A stretch of DNA of 61,405 bases, filler included, from Choristocarpus tenellus KU-1152 (taxonomy: Eukaryota; Protista; Phaeophyceae), in assembly GCA_964200185.2 (NCBI GenBank). It is 9 parts of 9 records of this genome, joined end to end, with 100 filler letters (N's around TTAATTAATTAA, not from the genome) between each part and the next. Parts side by side here need not be neighbours in the genome. Positions count along the whole stretch, not along the records: positions 9,762 to 15,812 come from CAXNAD020009066.1; positions 15,913 to 21,511 come from CAXNAD020010288.1; positions 21,612 to 27,388 come from CAXNAD020009779.1; 6 more parts are not named here. One strand, written 5' to 3'. This document shows, piece by piece, positions 12,420-23,315 of this stretch (position 1 is its first letter; each line of letters begins with the position of its first letter). The position numbers and the translations under genes were made by a program. The notes below the pieces were generated by a model. The model did not search any database, had not been told where the DNA came from, and worked only from the letters and a program-made list of their open reading frames with translations.

Positions 12420-13600
12420 CATAGATCCACCACAGCATTGCTGTTTTACACAATCGTCTTCACGGTCGCTCCCCATACCCTTCCCCAAGAACATGAGAAT
12501 AGTCGGGACACTGCAGGACGCATAACCGGGTCCCCCTGTAGTCCCCCTTCAGGCTATCCTCATCCCTGACACTTGGTACACCTCTGTCGGAAAAACCTTG
12601 AGCGAAATCATCTTAGAGGGTAAGAGTTTTGCCCTGTTTGTCCATTTGGGGCTTGGCTTCCCATTGGTTCTTTTTGACATTTTCCTAGTCCAAAATGTTT
12701 CAGGAGTAGGTACGGTATGTATGTTATGAACAGGTGTGTCCGACACATAGATACGGACATTTCCTATCAAACATGATAGTCAAAATTATGTCAAAATGAC
12801 AAAATTGGATTTTGGTTCCAAAATGGACACGGCTCTACCCTCTGAGATACTTTGGCTCCTTGACGACATGTTCACCATCCTGCCTGGACAGTACCAGATG
12901 TCCACTTCGGTGTCCGATCGGCAAACCCTTGGAGGGATACCTGTTCTCTTCTCAAGGCGATGCAGGCATGGGGACACATTCGGTGCCAAGTTTGACTGGG
13001 GAACCAGTTCATCCCATGTAGAAGTGGGGATGCTATCGAGTCGGGGAATGTCCGCGATTAAGATGTGGGTTAAGCTGGGGGCACACATTTACTTTGTGGG
13101 CTACGAGGGAGAGGATGGTGAGAACTCCCGTGCCCCCTGGGCTGAGGTCGTACATGATAGAAGAGATTGATGAGGGGGTCGAAGAGCTACAAGAGCAGCA
13201 GGAGAAGAGGGAGCATGGGGAACTTGCAATCGAGTGTATAATCCAATGCGACATGTGGATGGATCGCCAGGTCAAGTATAGAGAGGAGGGAAGAAAAGGA
13301 CAACGAGAGATACTTCCTCCTGGAACCGGTGCTGAGGATTGTGCTGGAGTTGGATGAGGGAGGAACCCTTCGTGCCACATCTACGGACAGGGGATTGTAC
13401 TTTCAGTGGGATGATCAGTGGATGTGAGCTATTGTGGGCAGATACTAACCCCAACACAAGGTGAGGATGGGAGAGGAGCGAGTCAGCTATCCCTATGAGG
13501 TGAAATGGGAAAATGGTGAGGTGTGAAATGTCCAGCTTGTTGTAGAACGCTACAGTACAAAGCAAGACGCTCCTACACGGGCCTGGTTCTGGATGAGCTC
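12420..13600 (+). pseudogene. Decayed unknown ORF, probably transposon-associated, with Tudor-like C-terminal module; interrupted by a family B MITE
   Basis: Residual frames VPLQAILIPD..NLDDMFTILPGQYQ and GQGLYFQWDDQWM*AIVGRY*..YPYEVKWENGEV*NVQL..YSTKQDAPTRAWFW; inverted paralog at 14253-14460. Confidence 0.45.
12600..12858 (+). mobile_element. MITE family B, full copy
   Basis: GAGCGAAATCATCTTAGAGGGTA / TACCCTCTGAGATACTTTGGCTC; 3-bp TSD CTT. Confidence 0.9.
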
Positions 13601-13699
13601 TGCTTTACAATGAAATAGAAATAGGACAGTGTCGGACAGGCTCCAACCCATATCTGTACACGTGTCTCACAATTTGCTTCATCCATCCTGTAAATATTT

Positions 13700-13879
13700 G
13701 TCTCAAAGTATCTGAGGAGAAAGCGGGGGTCTACACTAGGCTCTCCATTTGGACCCTGACCAGGAAAAGTGCACTTACATTATCCATCCAACGCATGCAA
13801 CCAAATTCACCCAAAAATTGCGACATAGAAAAATGGGCATCCAATGGACAGCCGCCACCCCCCCCAGATACTTTGAGCC
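13700..13879 (-). mobile_element. MITE family A, full copy
   Basis: GTCTCAAAGTATCTG / CAGATACTTTGAGCC; flanks TTT/TTT. Confidence 0.85.
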
Positions 13880-14097
13880 TTTCCATTGAGATCTTGCGCT
13901 AGAGACTCGGACAATATTGGTATGGGGGGCGCTTTTTCATGCAATATATTTGGTTTAAAAGATTTTTTCTAACGTTAGTAACGTAGATGTGTGCTACACT
14001 TTTATTTATCATCCTGATTACTATATGTGTCTTCAAATTGTGTAAATATATTTTTTGTAATTACTGCCATCTCCCATTATTTATTTAGGGTGAATAT

Positions 14098-14237
14098 ACA
14101 CTCCTTTTCATAACGTATACATTTTACCTACTCCGAAACATTTTGGAGTAGGTAAAATGTCAATAAAGACCCATGGGAAGCCAAGCCTCACATGGACAAA
14201 CAGGACAAAATTTGTACCCTGTAAGATAATTTCACTC
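14098..14237 (-). mobile_element. MITE family B, half copy
   Basis: Internal palindrome plus one TIR (TACCCTGTAAGATAATTTCACTC). Confidence 0.8.
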
Positions 14238-14252
14238 ATTCCGAAGTGAATC

Positions 14253-14460
14253 CCTGGTATTGTCCAGGCAGGATGATGAACTTGTTGTCCAGGTTGTTGT
14301 GACGACGATGTGTGAAGTCAGGGATGAGGATAGCCTGAAGGGGGACGACCCAGGGACCCGGTTGTGCGTCCTACAGTGCCACAACGATTTTTGGTGTTAT
14401 TGGGTAAGGGGTAATGGGGGCGACCGTGAAGACGTTGTGTAACACAGTAGTGTTATGGTG
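14253..14460 (-). repeat. Inverted paralog of 12420-12898 lacking the MITE
   Basis: Shares CCCCCTTCAGGCTATCCTCATCCCTGAC and CATCCTGCCTGGACA in reverse complement. Confidence 0.8.
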
Positions 14461-14575
14461 GACAGTGTTTGAGGCCCGTGAAGATGTTTGTGTTAAAACA
14501 GTAGTGTTAAGGTGGACAGTGTTTGAGGCCCGTGAAGATGTTTGTGTTAACACAGTAGGGTTGTGGTGGACAGGT
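14424..14575. repeat. Minisatellite, ~53-bp unit, about 3 copies
   Basis: Unit CCGTGAAGATGTTTGTGTTAAxACAGTAGTGTTAxGGTGGACAGTGTTTGAGGC repeated in tandem. Confidence 0.85.
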
Positions 14576-14740
14576 TTTGTTTAATGCCTGTGATAAGGAC
14601 CGAAACAAACAACGTCGTGAACTCCTCTAGAGAAAGAAACCTCTACAAATAGTTATATTTTTCAATATCGTTTTGTAAATTCTCTGAACGTTCCCGAAAG
14701 TGGAATTACAGAACAATATCTATTTTTGCCTACAACAAGA

Positions 14741-14998
14741 GAGTGAAAGTATCTTAGAGGGTACGAGTTTTGCCCTGTTTGTCCATCTGGGGTTTGGCTT
14801 CCCACGGGTTTTTCATGACATTTTACCTACTCCGAAACATTTCGGAGTAGGTAAAATGTTTACGTTATGAAAAGGAGTGTCCAGAACAAGGATATTGGCG
14901 TCTCCTAACAAACATGATAGCCAAAATAACATCAAAATTGCAGCATCAGATTTGGTCCCCAAATGGACGCGGCTCTACCCTCTAAGATACTTTGACTC
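14741..14998 (+). mobile_element. MITE family B, near-consensus copy
   Basis: GAGTGAAAGTATCTTAGAGGGTA / TACCCTCTAAGATACTTTGACTC; flanked by ACAAGA on both sides. Confidence 0.92.
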
Positions 14999-15437
14999 AC
15001 AAGAAGATTATTGCGTAGTAATTACTGTTATAGAAAAAAACTAGCATAGCTCACCCTGTCTACGCATGAGAAACTGTTGGCACTCCATCAACAAGCTGGC
15101 TCTCAATACCTCGAAAGTCTTCCCTAACAAAGACCACCTCATCGCCAGCACTGAACATCCCTCCATAGCTGGAATGGTCCCTGGTGTTCCATTTAATGGT
15201 CTCTTTGGTGTACAGTGAACGGCAGGAACTCCAACCCATTGTACTCTGATGGCTCCGTTCGCACGATGCAAACGTTTCCCACCGCAAGCTGCCTCTTCTT
15301 CCTGGAGAGGTGATTCCTCAGATACATGTCGCCCACCTGGTCCTTGGGGGAAAATCCGAGGTCTATCTCCTTCAATGCAGGCATGTGGGGCTAGATCGTT
15401 CCAAGAGTACCTGTCTCCTTCCCACTCATCCTGTCCA

Positions 15438-15703
15438 GAGTGAAAGTATCTTAGAGGGTACGAGGTTTTCCCTTTTTGTCCACTATTTAAGGCTTGGATT
15501 CCCACCGGTTTTTAATGGTATTTTTGCCTACTCCAAAATATATCGGAGTGGGTAAAATGTATACGTTATGAAAAGGTGTGTCCGGAACAAGGATCTTGAC
15601 ATCATCTCCTGACAAACATGATACCCAATATTACATCAAAATTGCAACATTGGATTTCGGCCCCCAAATGGACGTGGCTCTACCCTCTAAGATACTTTGA
15701 CTC
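15438..15703 (+). mobile_element. MITE family B, full copy
   Basis: Consensus TIRs; 4-bp TSD TCCA. Confidence 0.92.
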
Positions 15704-15730
15704 TCCATACTGGTCGACAAGCATGGAGCA

Positions 15731-15812
15731 GAGAGAAAAAGTATCTTAGAGGGTTACGGGGGGTCTAGCCCAGGGTGTCCATTTGGGCCTTGACCAGGTG
15801 TTGGAAAAATGG
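15731..15812. mobile_element. A/B hybrid MITE end, truncated by contig end
   Basis: B-type AAAGTATCTTAGAGGG followed by A-type GGGGTCTAGCCCAGGGTGTCCATTTGGGCC. Confidence 0.6.
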
Positions 15813-16090
15813 NNNNNNNNNNNNNNNNNNNNNNNNNNNNNNNNNNNNNNNNNNNNTTAATTAATTAANNNNNNNNNNNNNNNNNNNNNNNNNNNNNNNN
15901 NNNNNNNNNNNNTATGGGCTGGACACTTACTACTGCTGCCCCCACTCCAAGCAGGGTCGGGTTCAAAAACAAATAGATATGAAACCATGCTGTGACATTG
16001 TATTACTCCCCTCAGAAAGAACTTGAAATCCCAGTCCCCATCTATCTGTTTTACCCCGATCAGCCATAGTATTGTATGCATGTGGCGTAC

Positions 16091-18411
16091 CTGGGACAAG
16101 GCAGCAACTTCAGTCTTCATTCGCATGACGAAGGCACTGCCGTAGATCTTTCTTGCAGTGTCCATCTTGAACTCAAACTCATTCGCCAAGCGGGAACTGT
16201 CTATGGTCTCCACAGGGTGCCCTGTGGTGGCGTCCTTGGGTGCCAGAGAAACAAAAAAAGAAAATACATTAAAACAAAAATAACTAAAAGTACGACTTCC
16301 GTATGTATGCAACGTATGCACTAAACAAAATGTAAATATATGCATACATGCTGAGTGCCCTTTGAAGTACGATTAGTAATGCACAACTGTGTCTGTGGGG
16401 TGCCCTGTGATTCCACCACATTGGAGGGGTCACAACAAGAGAGCTTTCGGCAGCTGGTAATGGTTTGTATGCAGAACATTATGCCACTTGTGGTCATATC
16501 CAAATAAGCAATGTCTATGTATGCCCATTACATACACATGCCATCATTCACATTCCTATTCTCCACCCCTGCCTGTGCATTCAGTTTCCATCATGATATC
16601 ATGTGATTGGCACAGTCTATCACACGTAGTGCAGTCATGCACTACCACAATGCAGCACAAAGGTTACGATACCAAATGCAACAATTCTATCTAAGTGGAG
16701 ACTTTATCCAAAATTTAGAGCAGCGAACCAAGAGGACCAGTGTTTTTCAATGGTAATTGGTTCAGCTCTCATAGATAGTCAGTTCATCACGATTAATCAT
16801 CTGCATCATCGTGCACAGCGCACAACACAAGCCTAGATACAAGCAACTAGGTCTCCTGAAAATTTTAGGCTAACATCAAACACATGAACACCTGTGGCAT
16901 CCCTCAAGATACAAAGAGGAACTTTGGGAGGCGTGTATGTGTGCGGATGTCGTGTGGAATAACCAACTGACACTAAAATAAGGAACAGTTATCAGTTAAT
17001 CATGATTAATCAGATGCAGCCGACTATTATCTGTCCTGGTTCACAACTCCACAAGTATTGAGATACAAATATTCCATCAGGGATAAATCTTAGTCATCTC
17101 AATATTTGACATTCGAAAGGACTTTTATGTATTGAGAAAACCTTCCCAGACAGACAAATCTCGATAATCAGAAGGTTTGCTCGCTCTAGTCAGTAAACCA
17201 GTCGGGAAGGCAGTGCTAAGAAATACAGCTCATCACGATCACAGTGAATTTGGCAGCCAAAGTAAAATTCAGTTAACACCAAGTCCCCACAACCTCGCAA
17301 GTTCCACGACCTTAACACAGAAACATGCACACATACACAGAACACACAAACCTTACAGTAAGAAGGAGTATCTTCTGAGTCACAAGAAAAGAAGAATGGT
17401 CAAAAATGTTCCTCATAAACACACAAAAAAAAGTTGAACAGTGCTTCATCTGGTTTGCCAGTTGATAGGAAGGGATATCAATTAAAGGATGGGCGAAGGT
17501 CTCTTAGTTGACGTAAAAAAAAATTCAGTGGTGAGTCACAGGTGCTCAGTATCTTGATCGACACAATGAATCATGTTTGTTGTTGCTGACAACTGATACC
17601 GCTTTTTTGTTCCAGCTGAACTTTTGATTGCACAGGTGCATGGTGTGCAAGTATATGCTTCGATGGGTATATCCCTCTTCTTCCTAGCCGCCCCAGGTGT
17701 GTGACTACGAGTAAAGAAAGGGTGTCGGCGAGTCATGTCGCTGGTCCTACCCCAAAGGGACTCCACTGACAGTCCATGTCACCCATTTTGGGTATCCTAC
17801 TTTTCCCACTCAGTGCGAGAATCTCAAAGGGCAATATAAAAGTGCAGAGAATTGAAAAGAACTCAAGTCATCGATATCCTGAAGGGCTTGGAGCATACTA
17901 CACAATGTGGTGATACGAAGTATTACCCGCACAAAACAACAGATGCTGGAGATGACCACTAGGATAACTTCGTGGGAATATCGCAAGGGCAAACGTACGA
18001 GAAGCAAAAAATCGACACCACTATAAGTCGGTGTTGGGAAATCCTTCCAAGCTTGGATCCAACTATTTTAATCCATCAAATGGTGCTTGACAGAGAAGTT
18101 GGGAGAGGTGGACAACATAGTTGAGCTCGAAAGGAGGCACTAGGAAGTGATTTATAATGTACACACACTGATCGTGCAGAAGGAAAAAACCCCTCTTACC
18201 TCCTGCATACGGATCACGGCCCTCGTATTGACATGATTCACACAAATTTTCTTCCCTCGCTCTTGAAATGGGTAAAACAGACCACTCACAACTGAACGAT
18301 CTTGCACAAGCGAGTGGAAGCAAGGCTCACCTGAGCAAAAGATGAAAAACCCAACCTCATTTGGTCGTGTGGAGCCCTTGCGAAGGGCATTGACTTCCCG
18401 ATTCCGTCCAT
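16091..18411 (-). CDS. UMP1: Proteasome maturation factor UMP1/POMP, 5' part (exons 18411-18331 and 16234-16091; 3' exons beyond contig end)
   Basis: MDGIGKSMPFARAPHDQMRLGFSSFAQ|DATTGHPVETIDSSRLANEFEFKMDTARKIYGSAFVMRMKTEVAALSQ; HDxxRxG, HPxE and YG motifs of UMP1; phase-0 GT-AG junctions. Confidence 0.85.
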
Positions 18412-19734
18412 CTTTGCTTTCTTTCCCAAATACGATCTTGCTCCAAAATGCCTGATCAACCTCTCCTCGATTTCTCCTCCTCGTTTGGTATGGCTACTCT
18501 AAAAGAACAGAAACAAGCTTTGTCGTAGATGAATTGGAATAGTAAGGTAGATTCCTTTCGCCAGGGTGCAAAGCGTTTTGTCTAGGTCAAGTCAGTCTGA
18601 GGTTTGGGGTGGCAGGTAGATGGGATTGATTGAAGGGAGAGTTCTATGGAGTTTGATATGCAAGAAACATCTCTAACCCTAACCCAAACCGCCTTCGATG
18701 TTCCCGAAACCCTTGGAACTTACCTATAACCTTACACTTGGTTGAACCAACACAAACTTTACTACAGACAGTGGGGGTTCCTTCTCGTCTCACATTAAAG
18801 TAACACAGACTGTGGGATATCAGAGTGGAAGGTAGAAGAAAGGGAAGAGACCGATTGAAGGGGGAAGGGTTGGTCTATCTTTTTGGACGTCATCCTTTTC
18901 ATAGGTTTCGACTGTTCATGATGGATAGGCTAGGAGCATGGGCAACTCTTGCTCTTTGGTGCCTGGCCTTAACCTCGCGGGTGGGTGTGAATTGATCAGG
19001 AGTGGTCTCGTGCTTGTTGTACAGTTCTTGTTGGTGTTAGTTACGACTAAGGAGTCAAGGACGGGCATCTAAAGATTACCCCAGATCAGAATGATACCAG
19101 AAGCTCGTCGCTCGAGATCCCGATCTTTCCTAAGGTCGAAGCTGGAGAAATTTAGAAATCTGTTGAATGGCCTACGAATTGTTAACCCGGTCACTTCTAT
19201 AGCTCACCATGCTGGTATATATTCTCTAGATCGAAACGTAACTAGTGTAGGGAGATTCGAGTAGCCCAAGTCCTGTCGTCCTGATAAACCGTGTCGGGAA
19301 AAGGCACACTAGAGGTGCAAAGCAGACTTCATGCCAGAGAAGACGATAATTAAGCTCAATTTTTATTATATTTGCGTTGAGAAAGCTATGGTCAGACTAC
19401 AGTGGAGATGCATTTTGTCCTCTCTTGGCAATGCTGTTCAATGAGGGGTCATGCAGACCGTTTGTATAGGGAAGGTGGTCCTAGCCATTTTTCTTCATTC
19501 TCTCGTGAATAAGCGAACTCATGGTGCGTAGTACTTAGAGTGTATGTTGCTTGCCTCCCTGTGAGATTGCTCTTGGTCACCCGGTCGCACAATGAGAGGG
19601 AAAGCCATTCTTGCAAAAGTTACGACCTGTGAGAAACTGCCTTGTTACCAAGGCCCCTGGGCCATCCTCCTCTCCCCCTCCAACCTAAGCCTTGCACAGT
19701 GTATGGTAGGGGCGGAAGAAAGCCCGCTAGCGCC

Positions 19735-20696
19735 ATGAACCGCGAAAAAAGGACAAGTCCCCTATCGAGATTCATCCAGGCTGCGAAAGACTACGCCTGC
19801 ACGCCTAAGGTCCTAGAGGAAATGAACACGAACCCTCCAAAGCCAATACAGGTATGATATGCAGGAATGGGACATTGCACAAGGACTTATTTTTCCCCCT
19901 TGTTTTGGAGGAGGTTGGACAGGGAATAACAGGGATGGAGTTGGGGGAAGGAGGGCGTAGGTTTGGCGGGGAGAGAGGAGGTGGAAAAATCAATCACAGG
20001 TGACAATTAATCTCCCACTATTGATTTGTAAGTGCTATTTTGAATACTATCTTGTATAGCAGTATGAGAACACCTACTAGGGCCACAAGGTTGCTGTTCT
20101 AAATTTTCTTCACACTTAAAGCTGGATACAGTGCATGCACACCCTGATCTACTTTATTCAACTCATGAAAACACTCTTATCCCAAGAAAGCAAGCTCAGT
20201 GTTTTTTCTATGTATCACCTGTAACACTGCTCTGGCATCATATTGATCCGCAATTGAAATGTAGAAAGAGCTTCTTGGTCATAATGCAATGCATCACGTA
20301 ACAATTACAAGCAGAGAGAAGTAAAATGCAATTTGCAACATCAGGTCGAGTTGCTCAGTTGTCCCCTCTTGCTTCCTAAACATGAACGGGGTAGACCCTA
20401 TCGCATGCATTCATGAAAGGGTTTGTTTTCAACACTTCACAGACAGTTTTTCCCGTGTCATTTTAATCATGCCTTGCCCATCTCATTTCTCCAAATGACT
20501 TGACTTGCTTTGGTGTGTAGTGCAAGGATAGAGATTTATACATGCACTTTTTGTGTCCTTCATTTGCATCATGTCAATATTGCAAGTATTTGAACCGCCC
20601 TCTCCCCCATCCCGGTCATGTCTGCTTCTCCAGGTGTGGGAATATGGACCATCCATCCAGGAGTGGGAGAGTAATCCTGAGAAGTATGAGTTCCAG
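19735..20696 (+). CDS. Hypothetical protein, partial (exons 19735-19851, 20634-20696; start uncertain)
   Basis: MNREKRTSPLSRFIQAAKDYACTPKVLEEMNTNPPKPIQ|VWEYGPSIQEWESNPEKYEFQ; CAG|GTATGA donor, CTTCTCCAG acceptor, CAG|GTGATT donor, all phase 0. Confidence 0.55.
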
Positions 20697-21611
20697 GTGA
20701 TTACTAGTGTACTATTTATACTAATACACTGTACACTGTAGTTTTAAAAAAATAGAGGTGGGACAGAACATTTGCATTGAATAATGAGTCTCAGTACTCC
20801 TAGGCAGGCGATACACACATGTGTTTCAGTTCTCACCAAGATGGAGGCGGTAGATGTGAACAGCTTGTGGGGGAGGGAGAAGAGGGATGGGGGTGGTGGG
20901 GCATACTTTTGTTGCTATCACAGTACACACTCTTCATCTTTGTAAAGCAAGAAACCACTGCGGTGGGCTGTTAAATCAAAGTCAAGTTTTTTGTTTGAGA
21001 ATTTCTTTTCTCAGGAACGTTTTGCTAGTGTGTTGTAGTTACACCATGCTTGAATTTTGTTAGTATGACCTCTTGAGGTCCTCCTCTTGGTTGACAATTC
21101 ATGGGATATTTATTTGGAGTATTTTTGTGCTTTTCCATAGCGGCCATTTTTCCAACCAACATTCCCATTTTAGTGATGTTGCACTATAGCAATAAGAGAA
21201 GTAGTAGTAGTGCCCCCCAAGTCTCACGCTTTGTGAAGAGCGACAGATTTGAATATCCGCTTCAATTTCCCCCCCTGTTGTCCATCCTCCCACCTAGCAT
21301 AAACTCTCTCTTCAATGTAGCGTACTCATTGTCTTCTTGGTCTCCGGTGGATGAATGAAATATTTTTTTTGTAAGGGTGATGTCCGTCGACTTACTGACT
21401 GGTGTTCTTTTTCTGCAAATATTGTTTACTACGGTATCATTCGAATCTTCCTTTGTGGGGGGGGGGGGGGGGGGGGGGGTGGGGGGGGTGGGGTTTGTTG
21501 GTGGGGAGAGGNNNNNNNNNNNNNNNNNNNNNNNNNNNNNNNNNNNNNNNNNNNNTTAATTAATTAANNNNNNNNNNNNNNNNNNNNNNNNNNNNNNNNN
21601 NNNNNNNNNNN

Positions 21612-21906
21612 GGGGTTACATTTTCTGTTATACCAAGGATTCCAACCATTAAGCTTGGGCAGGATCATACCCATCGCCCATCGCATTTATCAACATAAAG
21701 TCTACCATCATGATTTGGTGGATTCCTGGGTGCACTACCATTGTCCCAGCCCTATTGGGCCCTACTTTATTCAAAGGGAAAAACCTTGATTCAGGTGCTC
21801 GACAACCAAACTCTCTCAGGTCTCTCCATGTGAGACCTCCATCGGTGAGATGAAAATTGGCTACAGAGGTCGACATACTAGACAATATCTTGACTCAAAA
21901 AGTACC
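21612..21906 (+). repeat. Left copy of a ~300-bp inverted repeat pair (family E)
   Basis: Reverse complement of 22597-22916, including CCTACTTTATTCAAAGGGAAAAACCTTGAT. Confidence 0.85.
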
Positions 21907-22379
21907 TGCCCCACGAGAACATGCCCCATGTGATGAAGTGCAACTGAATTAGATCCATCACTAACGATTGCCTCCCTATCTAGCCCTAATTGCCCTACTT
22001 CTCCTCCAAAGCCACGTCGAGGCTTACTTTATCGTCATGCCGTTTTATGTTAGGCCTAGGAGATGGAGTACGAGGAAGATTTACTTATGCCACAGACTAT
22101 TTCGTACTTGTTCGTCATTTTCTCCAATGATAATGGCTTCGTTGACCTCTACTTCATCCCATTCTACAGGAGACCCAAATACACGGAGATGGTGTATGAG
22201 CAGGTATCATTGACACCACAGACTGTTCCAGACTAGCTCATCTTCCCTCCAGGGATAATGATCTCGTTGGGGTAGACTTTATCTCGTACTATGCGACATC
22301 TACATGCATGAAAGTGGGGTAAGAGGAAGTGTCATTGGCACTACAGACTATTCTAGACACCTTAGTGGCAAGCCGTTTT

Positions 22380-22596
22380 GCAATTTAAGCCACTTTTCTC
22401 AACTCTTGCGATTCACCCTTCTTTCTATGGATGAAGTTGTAAGATTGACTTGAAAGGGCTGATTTCACTATAGTTTGAAAATTTTCGACAGAATTCAAAA
22501 CGTGCCCATACGCATTTGTACAAAAAATCGAATTTTGCACATTTGTCAACATCCTAAAAATTCAACCCTGGGTGTACCTCTTGCATACTTTGGCTC
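22380..22596 (+). mobile_element. MITE family D, diverged copy (left end uncertain)
   Basis: Ends CTGGGTGTACCTCTTGCATACTTTGGCTC; interior resembles 54640-54803. Confidence 0.55.
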
Positions 22597-22916
22597 GGGT
22601 ACTTTGTGACTCAAGAAATTATCTTGTATGTCCTTGTATGTCAACCTCTGTAGTCAATTTCCATCTCACCGACAGAGGTTTCGTTCACATTGAGAGAAGT
22701 GAGAGAGTTTGGTCGTCCAACACCTGGATCAAGGTTTTTCCCTTTGAATAAAGTAGGCCCCAATAGGGCTAGGGCAATGATAGTGTAGCCATGAATCTAC
22801 CACATCATGATGGTAGCCTTGATTGTGTCGATAAATGCGATAGAGGGTGGGTGTGATCCTTCTTAATACTAAATGGTTGGACTCCTCAGGATAACAGATA
22901 ATGTGACCACCCCCCT
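22597..22916 (-). repeat. Right copy of the ~300-bp inverted repeat pair (family E)
   Basis: Reverse complement of 21612-21906. Confidence 0.85.
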
Positions 22917-23138
22917 TCGTTGAATGTCACCAATGATTGCTGATTGACTCCTGATTTGCTGTTTCATTCTCGTTTAGAAAAAGACAAACCTGTTGTAGAA
23001 TTACGTATCTGAGGAATGGCGAATGGGTATGAACTCTATTGAATAGACCTCTCCCTGTTTATGCTACTATATCATTTTATTATTGTGCCCTCTGAGATTT
23101 TCCAGATGTGTCAGGGGAAAAACCAATGAACACTATTA

Positions 23139-23315
23139 GGCTCAAAGTATCTGGGAGGGGGTGGTAACTGTCCGTTTGGGGTCATTTTTTTCATGTCGCG
23201 ATTTTTGGGTGACTTGGTTGCATACGTCAGATGGATACTATAAGCGCACTTTTCCTGTTTTTGCCCCAAAGACACCCTGGTGTAGACAGCCCCCCACCAC
23301 CATATACTTTGGGTC
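23139..23315 (+). mobile_element. MITE family A, full copy
   Basis: GGCTCAAAGTATCTGG / ATACTTTGGGTC; 3-bp TSD TTA. Confidence 0.9.
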
